A stretch of 64,000 nt of DNA. It comes from a virus. The notes beneath the pieces were generated by a model. It saw nothing but the letters and a program-made list of their open reading frames with translations, was not told where the DNA came from and ran no database searches. The stretch's first letter is position 1. Every line of letters starts with the position of its first letter. Positions 38,117 through 47,505 of this stretch are shown piece after piece. Position numbers and translations under genes: made by a program. The stretch covers positions 1 through 64,000 of IMG/VR virus record IMGVR_UViG_3300046542_000271; one strand, written 5' to 3'.

Positions 38117-38167
38117 CAGCATAGAGCCGGGGCGTAGTGCCCCGGCTCTATGCCCTTTCTTTTTTTT
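38117..38167 (+). terminator. intrinsic terminator with GCATA/TATGC base
   Basis: GCATAGAGCCGGGGC...GCCCCGGCTCTATGC followed by a T run. Confidence 0.85.
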
Positions 38168-38169
38168 GC

Positions 38170-39336
38170 TTACGCAGCGCCGCGAGCGCCCAGGCAAGTG
38201 TCCACTTCGTGGATACCTGGATCCAGGATACGCTCTACTGGGCAAGCCAGCAGACGGGAAGCGATACCGATACCCACTTGCAGGGCATTGGCCATCTTCG
38301 ACGAGGCAGCCAGCTCAGCAGTCTGCTCAGGCGTGTACTTGTCGATCTTCTTGTCTTCGGCATCAGCGATCTGCTCGAGCATTTTCAGCTCGTTCTGACG
38401 CTTCTCCATGGTCTTGCAGTTGACATCCAACGCATTGACCATGGCAGCACGAGCGTGCAGCAGTTCACGCACTGGGACTTGGCTCGGGTCCTTAACATCG
38501 TAGGACTCGTGACCGCCGCCTTGTACAACCACCTGAGCACCGCTACGACCGATGAAGAACGTGGCATGTCCGCCGGACGGCAGAGTGACGTTCTCTTTGT
38601 GGTCGCCAACGGACTTGGCAATGCTGGAGATGCTGTCGCCTTCGAACTTGGTGAAGTCCAGGTGCAGCAGTTTCTCGAACGCTTGCTCAGCAGCGTGGGT
38701 CAGCTTCAGGGAAGCGCCAGCAACTGCGTCAGCGCCTTTGGCCACGTCAGCTGGGTTCTTGCCCAGTACGCCGATGCGCAGGACTTTACCAGCTTCATAG
38801 CCGATGCCAGCAGGAGCCTTGTCAGCGCCGACTTCAGTACCGCCGAACTTGTAACCAACTGCTTGAGCAGCGGCTTCCATTTTGGACTGGCCGAGTTTCA
38901 GGTGCTCGACGTGCTGTTTCTTCTTGCCGAACCAGCTGGCGAACTTGGCTTTCAGTTTAGCCCACAGGCCTTTGATGAAAGCCCAGATGCGCTTGAGGAC
39001 GCCCTTCTTCTTCGATACCTTGGCTTCGGCTTCGGAGCCGGTAGCCACAACCAGAGCCTGGCTGGATTCAAACGAAGGTACAACAGCAGCCAGAGGGATC
39101 TCGACTTCTGCGGTGGTAAAGATCGATTCGATCGCTACCTGGTACGCTTCGTTGGACAGGGTCTCTGGATCCAGCTGCTCGATCGCAGTAGCCATGGCTA
39201 CGGAACGGCCCAGCTGGGCGAGGTCTTCACGCATGGCGGATTCGAAAGAAGCCATCTCCAGCGGGTCGTAGGCTTCAACAGACACTTCAGGTTCTGCGAA
39301 GTGTTGGCTGATGTGTTGCTGCAACAGATCGTTCAT
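38170..39336 (-). CDS. internal head (ejection/inner-body-type) protein with propeptide
   Basis: Acidic N-terminus with SVE, SFE, SNE, AIE, SFE sites matching the phiKZ prohead protease S/A/G-X-E rule, then LKRIWAFIKGLWAKLK amphipathic helix; TATG upstream. Confidence 0.7.
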   Translation of the reverse strand: MNDLLQQHISQHFAEPEVSVEAYDPLEMASFESAMREDLAQLGRSVAMATAIEQLDPETLSNEAYQVAIESIFTTAEVEIPLAAVVPSFESSQALVVATGSEAEAKVSKKKGVLKRIWAFIKGLWAKLKAKFASWFGKKKQHVEHLKLGQSKMEAAAQAVGYKFGGTEVGADKAPAGIGYEAGKVLRIGVLGKNPADVAKGADAVAGASLKLTHAAEQAFEKLLHLDFTKFEGDSISSIAKSVGDHKENVTLPSGGHATFFIGRSGAQVVVQGGGHESYDVKDPSQVPVRELLHARAAMVNALDVNCKTMEKRQNELKMLEQIADAEDKKIDKYTPEQTAELAASSKMANALQVGIGIASRLLACPVERILDPGIHEVDTCLGARGAA

Positions 39337-39450
39337 GACGCAATCCTTTATACGGGGTGAGTTAACTCATATTAAAACGTATCTAAAAATCTTTCAGTCA
39401 TACATAGTCAGCATGAACAATCCCACTAAAGCATTGCAGGAGTATGACAT

Positions 39451-39651
39451 ATGAGTATCGGCAACGTAGTTAAAGTCGGCATCGCCGCATTCGCCGCTGT
39501 TAAGCTGGCTACCTGGTCCTACACGGCCTGCCGTGACATTAGCCGGGTTCGTGAGAAGTTGGCGTTCCTCGATGCCAATGGCGTCACTCTGGAACAAACT
39601 ATCTTCGCAACCGAAGCTGACCTTGACAAACTGATGGGAGAAGTAAAATGA
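39451..39651 (+). CDS. small membrane-anchored protein
   Basis: AGGAG SD; hydrophobic N-terminus; early-type promoter at 39395. Confidence 0.7.
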   Translation: MSIGNVVKVGIAAFAAVKLATWSYTACRDISRVREKLAFLDANGVTLEQTIFATEADLDKLMGEVK

Positions 39652-39776
39652 GCGCACTGAAATTGGTAGGTCTGGTTCTGGTAGCTGGTTGGGCAGCTGG
39701 CACTATCGGCGGTATGGTCGGTAAGCGCCAGGGCGAGAAAGAAGTCAACGCAGTCAAGAAAGGGGAAGCAAAATGA
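39648..39776 (+). CDS. small membrane protein (42 aa, absent from the ORF track)
   Basis: ATGA overlaps at both ends; MSALKLVGLVLVAGWAAGTIGGMVGKR. Confidence 0.65.
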   Translation: MSALKLVGLVLVAGWAAGTIGGMVGKRQGEKEVNAVKKGEAK

Positions 39777-39922
39777 AAGAAGTTACTCTGCTGTTCGTAG
39801 GCATCGGTATCGGTTACCTGTACTGCAAAGCACGGGCTGAAGCAGCCGCTAACAAGAAGTTGGAAGCAGCCGCCACCTGCACGCGATGCGGTGGTAATGG
39901 AAAGGAACCTGCGGCCAGTTAA
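39773..39922 (+). CDS. small membrane protein with a CxxCxGxG motif (49 aa, absent from the ORF track)
   Basis: MKEVTLLFVGIGIGYLYCKAR...CTRCGGNG; ATGA overlap; terminator follows. Confidence 0.65.
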   Translation: MKEVTLLFVGIGIGYLYCKARAEAAANKKLEAAATCTRCGGNGKEPAAS

Positions 39923-39928
39923 GGTTCG

Positions 39929-39978
39929 CAGCATAAATGGAGGAGCGCAGGCTCCTCCAAATGTGCCTTTCTTTTTTT
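39929..39978 (+). terminator. intrinsic terminator
   Basis: CAGCATAAA-TGGAGGAGC-GCAG-GCTCCTCCA then a T run. Confidence 0.8.
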
Positions 39979-39982
39979 GTGT

Positions 39983-41524
39983 TTATTCGAAGTCAGACCA
40001 TTCGGCCCCAGCATCAGGACCGGACTTACTCGCACCCACTTTGCGGTAGGAGGTGTCGATGTCCAGATCAACGTCATACTTGAAGCCGATCATCGGCAGT
40101 TCAAGGAACTTCAAGCAGAAGTATTTAGCCGTTTCATCGGTTGCGCCCATCTTCCGATGCTTCGACCATTGGAACTCCTGCCATGTAGCGCCACCAGACA
40201 CCGTCTTAGCAACGATGTACTCGAAGTCGAACTCTGTATCCAACTTCTTACAACCTTCGTAGTAGCCTTTCCCTGGGAGCTTACGGACGTAGTCATCAGG
40301 GAACTGACGCGCAAGAGTCTTGGCATCTGTCGAAAGTTGGTGAGCAGTATAGTGGAAGATGTTGTGCGGTGACGTGAAACCACGCAGCTTACGATGCAAG
40401 CCCTGTACTTCATCACCCGCCGTCATCTGCGGAATACCCATCTTGCCGATCAGGTTCACGTAGTCGCAACCCGCCGACACAATTTCGAAACCTTCTTCTT
40501 CAAACCCTTTCAGGATATCGAGGTAAGCTTCGGAATCGCCACCGTTCGGGAATTCCACGAAACGTACGTTCCAACCATTAGCCTGGAGACGCGCCTTCAC
40601 GTACTCCGCCATCTCTTGCGGTTTCAGACCACGGATCTTCACAGGGAGACCGTGTTCTTGCTGCATCAGGATGACGTACAGCTTCTGGAACACCAGTTCG
40701 AGTTTGTCTTCGATGGTGGTATAGACGTGCAGTGGACGTTTGGTCTCATCAAACAGCACGGGACTGTTGAACAAGCACATGGCAATGAAGATGTCGAGCA
40801 GGTTACCCGACTTGTTCTGACCTGGCAATGCTGAGACGTTCAACCACTCACCACGACGCGCACCGCCCTGATCGCCCGTCATACGGTTCATCGCCTTGAA
40901 CCCGTACCTCAGGATAGCTCGAGGGTCGATCGCCGTCTGTGCCATGTGGTAGACGTCTTCAACAGACTGCATGTCGCCAATGTCGATGATACGTGCAACG
41001 TGAGCAGCCCGACGCTTACCGCCCAATGGCAGCTCTTGCAGCTTGGTCATCAACTCGTCGCGGTACGTTTTGATGTCCTTGATCTTCTCACGATCAAAGC
41101 CCAAGGTGCGGGATACAGAACGCATCATGGCAACGAATTGTTCGATGGCAACGAACTCATATAGCTCAGCTGATAGCTCGTCGTACTTCAATCCCGCCGC
41201 TACTGGATCTGTCACCGGTAGTAATGATTTGGGGAATAGATCGTACATGCGGTCATTATCACCGCAAGCGACGCGTACCCTTGAGAGCAAGTCCTCGAGG
41301 TCAAGCTTGGCGTTATGTCCCTTGAAGTTCATCCACATCAAGACATTACGCAGCTTTACAAGGCCTGACTTCTCCCGACTCGTCTCGAGAGGGTCTTCAG
41401 GAAGCTTCAAGTGCTCCATGACTTTCTCATGAAGTGCAAGTACTGGCTCGCCGTCAGGTCGCTCGGCATGGCTCGAGTAGTACGAGGCTCCGATAGCCTT
41501 CAGTAGTAATAATTTGATTTCCAT
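39983..41524 (-). CDS. dnaB: DnaB-like replicative helicase (phiKZ gp118-like)
   Basis: Variant Walker A ALPGQNKS, DYVNL, TAHQLS, KHR; conserved position upstream of the capsid gene. Confidence 0.85.
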   Translation of the reverse strand: MEIKLLLLKAIGASYYSSHAERPDGEPVLALHEKVMEHLKLPEDPLETSREKSGLVKLRNVLMWMNFKGHNAKLDLEDLLSRVRVACGDNDRMYDLFPKSLLPVTDPVAAGLKYDELSAELYEFVAIEQFVAMMRSVSRTLGFDREKIKDIKTYRDELMTKLQELPLGGKRRAAHVARIIDIGDMQSVEDVYHMAQTAIDPRAILRYGFKAMNRMTGDQGGARRGEWLNVSALPGQNKSGNLLDIFIAMCLFNSPVLFDETKRPLHVYTTIEDKLELVFQKLYVILMQQEHGLPVKIRGLKPQEMAEYVKARLQANGWNVRFVEFPNGGDSEAYLDILKGFEEEGFEIVSAGCDYVNLIGKMGIPQMTAGDEVQGLHRKLRGFTSPHNIFHYTAHQLSTDAKTLARQFPDDYVRKLPGKGYYEGCKKLDTEFDFEYIVAKTVSGGATWQEFQWSKHRKMGATDETAKYFCLKFLELPMIGFKYDVDLDIDTSYRKVGASKSGPDAGAEWSDFE

Positions 41525-41592
41525 TGGCTATTAGCTCGCTTGCCCTACACTCACTGGCCGAGTGTGGCAACTGTCAAATGCGGAGTGTATAA

Positions 41593-42057
41593 ATGTACGA
41601 TAAATTGAAAGTCCGGTACGTCCCAGCTTGGCTAACGGCCGTGGCTGATTACTACAAGACTGATATCGACAAATTGGAATGCATAGTATCTAAGCATGAT
41701 CTTGTGTTGTACGGTCTTGCTAATACGATGCTAAGGACCAAGTTGCAGCAATTGGGGATTCATAAAGATTTCGTGTTCCCTGATGTGATGGAAGGTGAAG
41801 TCTACAGCCAGGACGATGCGCTGTTCGCATTGTATGGCCAGAATCACGCAGGCAAGACCATCCCGGATTTCAACCTCTCTCGCTTCGCCATTCGTGCGGG
41901 CAAAGCTGAGGGTGAGATCTACTTGGTTGAGCTGGCAGATGGCGACGAATGTAATCTTGTGAAAGAACTGTTGTGCGCTGTCTCCCAATACTGTGGAAGA
42001 AAGGTAGCGCATGGATCAGATTCGTTCAGACGATATCTGTCCGCTGTCAAAATTTAA
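41593..42057 (+). CDS. hypothetical protein (conserved position between helicase and capsid)
   Basis: GGAG SD; synteny with phiKZ-like phages. Confidence 0.7.
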   Translation: MYDKLKVRYVPAWLTAVADYYKTDIDKLECIVSKHDLVLYGLANTMLRTKLQQLGIHKDFVFPDVMEGEVYSQDDALFALYGQNHAGKTIPDFNLSRFAIRAGKAEGEIYLVELADGDECNLVKELLCAVSQYCGRKVAHGSDSFRRYLSAVKI

Positions 42058-42239
42058 TACATGGGCGTACTCCGTATTCTTATGTAGGAAATATATCGCC
42101 CACATTGGGCGTGTTTCCAAAACCGAGTTCCAAGAACTTACGCCATGCGGGACAAGGATCGCTTTTACCAGTCGACTGGCATTAGACGGCGTCGATCCAC
42201 AAAAGCCTAGGCTATAAATCAAACGTTTGGAGTTTTTCC

Positions 42240-44393
42240 ATGAGTGTTCTCTCGCTGAAACGTAAGAACCGCTTCGCTGGCGCGACCGGTGTAAACATTG
42301 CCGACCTGAAAGCGGCCCAACAAAACAGCGCTATGTATAGCGTTGAATCGATGGACGTTGCCAAAGCTCTTAAAGATGGCAGCTTCGAATCCTTCGATCT
42401 GTCGTCCGTTGCCGATACCCTGCACAGCGTCCTGGAACCAGGTCAAACTGCCGGCGACTTCCGCAACCCTAACGGCATGGCCGTAGCTTCCATGATCGCA
42501 TCCCTGGGCCGTGCTGCTCCGGACTACCTGCGCATGGTTTCCACCGAAAGCGCCGCTCACAGCGATGGCCTGCCGTCCGCCCAAGCCTACGGCCTGGAAT
42601 ACGACAGCGTCTACTCCACCGAGTCGTTCGACAACCAGAACCTGACCGACCACCTGTCGATCTCGATCGGTCTGAACTACAAAATTTCCCGCCAAGGCCC
42701 GGCGATGGAAATGATCTACCGTACCATCCCTCTGACCCCAGAGCAAGGTACCGTGGAAGTGGAAGTGCCGAACCTGTACGTGCAGAACACTCTGCGCCAC
42801 GCCAACGACGGTAGCGAATCCGACTTCGGCCTGCGCCGTGTGATCGACTCGCACATCGACTACCAGGTTCTGAACGACAACTGCACTCAGCTGGTTCCTG
42901 GCCACAACGGTCAAACCGCTGCGATGTTCGTTCCGACCTCCGTCGTTACCCCGTTCGAATACAAGTCCGGTCGTCGTACCGTTCTGACTTCGGCTCTGCA
43001 AGTGGGCAAGACCATCAACCTGTTCGGCGTCGGTCAAACTGACGCAGTGAGCCGTGTTGGTCAAGCTGACTACACCGAAGCACTGGATCGCAACATCGGT
43101 ATCGAATCCGTGTTCGTGACCCTGGGCGGCGACACCATTCGCTGGGATACCCGCGGCCTGCCGTTCTCCCGCTTCTACAAAGGCCCAGAGCAAGGCAACC
43201 GCGCTCTGAAGCTCGACTTCCCGCTGACCACCCTGGTGATCAACAAGGATACCGTCGACTACGCTGGCGACGCACTGACCGATCCAGTGTTCGACATCAT
43301 CGCCACCGGCGAATACAGCGTTCGTCTGCGCACTACCCTGAACGGTACTGCCGACGTTGAGCGTGGTACTGTCAACATCAACCCAGCTAGCCTGGAAGTG
43401 ATGTCGATCACCAACAAAGCTGGCGAGCAGATCTCCCTGACTGGCACCGTTGGCGCGTCCATCGTTACCGGCCTGGCTGGCCTGAAGACCGAAGGCTGGT
43501 GGCCAGACGCTCGTCTGACCAACTCCAACCATCGTCACCTGGGTCTGCTGCTGAACGTCCGTTCGGTGAAAGAACGTCTGATGACTCGCGTTCGTTCCCC
43601 GTTCTTCGTTCCGTACCCAGTGTCGGAAGATCGCGACCAGACCGTAATGGACTGGCTGACCTTCGCTGTAGGCGCGTACATCAACAACGAAGCTGTTGGT
43701 TCGATGATCGGCTACCACGAGCGTCTGATGCGTCTGACCGGCGGCCTGCGCGGCGAGCTCACCATCGGTGACTTCGAAGAAAACGCCATGCCGATCGAAG
43801 GTATCGGTCGCTACCTGATCAACCCTTACGTCCAGACCTTGAAGGTCAACGTGAAGGGCAATGCTCAGAGCACCAACACCGTCGACAACATCAAGAACGG
43901 CCAAGAAGTTCTGCTGAACGTAATCCGTTCGGTATCGTTCGATATCCAACAGCGCACCAACTACGAAAACGCCTGCCGTTACGTAGATGGCGGTGAAATC
44001 TCCAAGGCATGGAAAGTTGCCCTGGTCACCAGCAAGAAGATCGAGCGCTTCATGACCGTGTCCGGCGACAGCCGTACTCTGGGTGCTGGCCTGCCGTTCC
44101 AGCTGGAAAGCGACGTCGACGCACGTCTGGACAAGCGTATCTACATGACGCTGGTTCGTGAAGGCGACGGCATCGACCCACTGAGCTCCGGCGTAATGCT
44201 GCTGACTCCTACTCTGGTATCGACTCTGTCGGTTACCCGTGACAACGCGCCTCGTCAAGAAGCCGTTGTTCAGCCGCGCTTCCAACACTACAACCTGCTG
44301 CCGATCGTTGTCATGATCGAAGTAGACGGTGTGGACGAGCTGCTCGAAGAGTCGCTGCCTTTTCGTGTGGAAAACACTGAAGTTACTCCTTAA
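42240..44393 (+). CDS. major capsid protein (phiKZ gp120-like)
   Basis: 717 aa, extreme codon bias, propeptide ending ...YSTE/SFD, DARLTNSNHR and VQPRFQHY segments, synteny. Confidence 0.9.
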   Translation: MSVLSLKRKNRFAGATGVNIADLKAAQQNSAMYSVESMDVAKALKDGSFESFDLSSVADTLHSVLEPGQTAGDFRNPNGMAVASMIASLGRAAPDYLRMVSTESAAHSDGLPSAQAYGLEYDSVYSTESFDNQNLTDHLSISIGLNYKISRQGPAMEMIYRTIPLTPEQGTVEVEVPNLYVQNTLRHANDGSESDFGLRRVIDSHIDYQVLNDNCTQLVPGHNGQTAAMFVPTSVVTPFEYKSGRRTVLTSALQVGKTINLFGVGQTDAVSRVGQADYTEALDRNIGIESVFVTLGGDTIRWDTRGLPFSRFYKGPEQGNRALKLDFPLTTLVINKDTVDYAGDALTDPVFDIIATGEYSVRLRTTLNGTADVERGTVNINPASLEVMSITNKAGEQISLTGTVGASIVTGLAGLKTEGWWPDARLTNSNHRHLGLLLNVRSVKERLMTRVRSPFFVPYPVSEDRDQTVMDWLTFAVGAYINNEAVGSMIGYHERLMRLTGGLRGELTIGDFEENAMPIEGIGRYLINPYVQTLKVNVKGNAQSTNTVDNIKNGQEVLLNVIRSVSFDIQQRTNYENACRYVDGGEISKAWKVALVTSKKIERFMTVSGDSRTLGAGLPFQLESDVDARLDKRIYMTLVREGDGIDPLSSGVMLLTPTLVSTLSVTRDNAPRQEAVVQPRFQHYNLLPIVVMIEVDGVDELLEESLPFRVENTEVTP

Positions 44394-44457
44394 AAACGTG
44401 GCGCCGATCCAGAACCTTGGAACGGTACCGCTGCCTAGGGTAGCGTAAGTGTCAAAT

Positions 44458-44499
44458 GCATAAAAGCCCCTGGGTTCACTCCCAGGGGCTTTTATGCTG
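44458..44499 (+). terminator. terminator with GCATA/TATGC base
   Basis: GCATAAAAGCCCCTGGG-TTCACT-CCCAGGGGCTTTTATGC. Confidence 0.85.
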
Positions 44500-44583
44500 T
44501 CTATGCTTTTATAGCAATACATTATCGTGATGCAGGGTAGATTCAATGAACTCGATGTAATTCTTTAAGGCAGGCAACTAACT

Positions 44584-45804
44584 ATGGATATGGGAATCTC
44601 CAAGCGACAGGCCAAAGGCAACGGTTCATCTGGCGTGGTATTTCGTAACAACGAAAACGCTGGACCAATCGTGATCACCAACCAGTACCTCAATTACGGA
44701 TTGACATACACCATCACCAACCTCACGGGCCGGTCAGTATATGTCAAAGACCGACTGGGTACTCTGGTTGAAATCAAGCAGGGCCGTGGCAAGGTAGAAG
44801 GCGTCATTTGTATTGAGGTGGTCTGGAAAGCGGGAGTGGAACAGATCCGGGCCTTAATGGAACAGTATTCGCGCTATAGCGCCATCAATGAGTTCTGCCG
44901 TAACGCAGAAGAAGCCCTTTACCTCTTTCTGAAGAATAGTAGTAATTCTTCACCATCTATGCGTATCTTTATAGATGAGGAGTTGCTGCGTTCGCGTAAC
45001 GACGCAATCTATCAACCTGATCTCGATTTACTCCTTATGTTCGCCACTCGTATCGAGACCGAGCATCCATCTAGCCCATTGTCGCGATTCCGTGACGGTG
45101 GAGACCAATCCGTCAAACTCATCAACAGCTGTGGCGCTGATGCGCTGATTTATGCCATCGAGGCAATCGACAACTCCATCCACCAACGTTACAAAGACAA
45201 ATATCTGTACATCGGCGACGAAGTCTACCATGTCCCGGTCCAACATAAACCTGGCTCGCCTCACTGCGGATTCATTGTGACACGCAATCGTTCAGCAGAT
45301 GAGATCAACAAGAACCTAGAACCTGGTAAACGGTATATCCGTGAACTTATGTCCTTTACTGATGCTGCCAGGAAGTTTGGGGTAGCTGATACGGTGGAGG
45401 AAGCCAGGGCCATGGGTGATCTAAAGCTTCAGTCTGAGGCCAGGATCGCCGAGCTACAGATGCGCATCAAAGAAACAGATACACAAAACACGCTGCTAAA
45501 GCGTGAAATAGAAAATACCAACACGGAGCGTGATCGCGAGAGCGGTAACGTCAAATACAACCGGGAGCGAGAGAAGAATGATGAAGAGTTCGCATTCCAA
45601 CGAGAGAAGTGGCAGCGAGAGCGCGAGAAGTTAGACCAGGATTCTGCCCTCGCTAGGGAGAAATACGAGCGGGAGCGGGACAAAGCTTTGCAAGACGCAG
45701 CAAGGGATGAGATCAAGAACACGTATGAATGGATCAAGGTCCTCACTGGGGGCTTGGCAATCCTCGGTACGTTTTTAGGGTTGAGTCGACTTAAATTGGC
45801 TTAG
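44584..45804 (+). CDS. conserved jumbo-phage protein with a coiled coil and C-terminal hydrophobic anchor
   Basis: E/R/K-rich helix then WIKVLTGGLAILGTFLGL; lies between capsid and RNAP subunit as in phiKZ-like phages. Confidence 0.7.
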   Translation: MDMGISKRQAKGNGSSGVVFRNNENAGPIVITNQYLNYGLTYTITNLTGRSVYVKDRLGTLVEIKQGRGKVEGVICIEVVWKAGVEQIRALMEQYSRYSAINEFCRNAEEALYLFLKNSSNSSPSMRIFIDEELLRSRNDAIYQPDLDLLLMFATRIETEHPSSPLSRFRDGGDQSVKLINSCGADALIYAIEAIDNSIHQRYKDKYLYIGDEVYHVPVQHKPGSPHCGFIVTRNRSADEINKNLEPGKRYIRELMSFTDAARKFGVADTVEEARAMGDLKLQSEARIAELQMRIKETDTQNTLLKREIENTNTERDRESGNVKYNREREKNDEEFAFQREKWQREREKLDQDSALAREKYERERDKALQDAARDEIKNTYEWIKVLTGGLAILGTFLGLSRLKLA

Positions 45805-45825
45805 TAATAATGCGGGATCTCGCGG

Positions 45826-47478
45826 ATGGACATTGAACTTTTCGACGAAATGCAAGAGGGGAAACCAGTCTTTGATCAACGGATCTTGGACGGCATGGCA
45901 TATAGCGGGTTACAGGACGCTAAGGGCGAAGTCGATCGCCTGATTGGGTGTGCCAGACGTAGCTTCCCTCAAGATTTCGAATACCTGGGGTCGTCTATTT
46001 GTCCGCCACAGGAAGCCTATTTGGTAATGGCTTCTATTAAACGACGTGGGGAGTCGTCGGTGGACCTTGCGCCAAGCGATGTAGTGCTGTGCAAGTATGA
46101 GTTTGCGTTTGAAGGGCTTCCGCTGAAGGACCGTTACTTCTTCCTCCCTTATGTTCGCAAGGGCGGATTCATCAAGATCGCGGGTAAGCAGTTTGCTATC
46201 AGTCCTGTGCTCGCAGATCCAGGCTTCTCGGTGGGTGAAGATTATGTCTTCATCCGGATGAACCGCGCGCCAGTCAACTTCAAGCGGATCATTTACACGA
46301 TCGACATCAACGGGGAGAAAGTCTCCAAGTATGTCGTTCACTCCAAGCTGCACCATAGAGCCGGTAATCGCGACCGTAAACACGGCAGCGATGTGATTCA
46401 CGTAGGGCGGGTGATTACGACCATCCCTCATTACCTGTTCTGTAAGTACGGCCCAGAGGAAGCCTTCAAACGCTTTGGTCACTGTGATGTCCACATCACG
46501 ACTGAGGCGGAATTGGCAGAGTCCCCGATGGACCCGGAGAAATACACGTTCATCCGCAGTCGGAAGGTTGCTCCTTCTACATTGAAGAAGATCCATAACT
46601 ACGCGATGAATGCATCGCCTGTGGTGTTGGTATTCGACAAAGCTCAAATGGCTGGCAAGCAGCACCTGGTCGAGGGTCTTGCGGCTGGGTTCTTCTACAT
46701 GGTTGACCACTTCCCTGAAGTGACTGAACGCAAGGAACTGGCTGACCCATTCACCTGGAAGCTGTGGCTGGCGTATGTTCTCTTCGGGGATCAGCTGGGC
46801 TACGGTAAGTTGGTGGAGAACGTTGATTCTCACCTCAACAGCCTGGATGACTACGTGGACGTTGAAGTCCGCCGTACGCTCCTGGATGAAGAGGAACTGG
46901 AGTTCGATGACATCTACCAACTGTGCTCTCACATCCAAGAGCACATGGATGACATCATCCAGCGCAAAGGGACTGACATCGCGAGCATGTACGGTAAACG
47001 GCTGATGACAGCCAACTACGTGCTGCGGGATATCTTTGAACAGATCTTCCGTTGTGTGTTCGAGATTACCAAGAACCGCAAGCGCAAACTGACCAAGGAG
47101 GATTACAACAAACTCCTCGGGAAGTATTTCATTCCTGAAAAGATCCATGAATTACGTAACACCGCTACGAAGGCATACGTCTCCTCGGTCTCCTCACCGA
47201 GCGACAACATGTTCTTCAAGGTCACCAGCCGTCTGGTAATGCAGGCACACACTGGCACCAGTGGCAAGAGTCAGAATGTGAACGTTCACGATCCGATGTC
47301 GCACCTGCACGAATCTACGGCAGAATGTGGCAACAGCTTGGTACTGCCCCGCAACAGTCCACTGGCTCGGAATACCATCAACCCTACCGCATGGCTGGAC
47401 TCGAAGATGACTCTTCTGAAGAAGCCTCACATGCGTGGGGTGATTGAGTACATCGGCGAACATATTCACCGCAATTAA
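45826..47478 (+). CDS. non-virion RNA polymerase beta-type subunit (phiKZ gp123-like)
   Basis: FLPYVRKGG.I.I.G..F.ISPVLAD, HYLFCKYG, SMYGKRL, INP motifs; synteny. Confidence 0.8.
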   Translation: MDIELFDEMQEGKPVFDQRILDGMAYSGLQDAKGEVDRLIGCARRSFPQDFEYLGSSICPPQEAYLVMASIKRRGESSVDLAPSDVVLCKYEFAFEGLPLKDRYFFLPYVRKGGFIKIAGKQFAISPVLADPGFSVGEDYVFIRMNRAPVNFKRIIYTIDINGEKVSKYVVHSKLHHRAGNRDRKHGSDVIHVGRVITTIPHYLFCKYGPEEAFKRFGHCDVHITTEAELAESPMDPEKYTFIRSRKVAPSTLKKIHNYAMNASPVVLVFDKAQMAGKQHLVEGLAAGFFYMVDHFPEVTERKELADPFTWKLWLAYVLFGDQLGYGKLVENVDSHLNSLDDYVDVEVRRTLLDEEELEFDDIYQLCSHIQEHMDDIIQRKGTDIASMYGKRLMTANYVLRDIFEQIFRCVFEITKNRKRKLTKEDYNKLLGKYFIPEKIHELRNTATKAYVSSVSSPSDNMFFKVTSRLVMQAHTGTSGKSQNVNVHDPMSHLHESTAECGNSLVLPRNSPLARNTINPTAWLDSKMTLLKKPHMRGVIEYIGEHIHRN

Positions 47479-47505
47479 TCGAATTGAAACTGGAGCGCAA
47501 CTAAC

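Noticed and set aside
38137-39360. 407-aa + strand ORF
   Set aside because: Starts inside a terminator and mirrors the head protein gene
42219-44546. 775-aa antisense ORF opposite the major capsid gene
   Set aside because: Mirror frame kept open by strong codon bias of the sense gene; no SD or recognisable motifs
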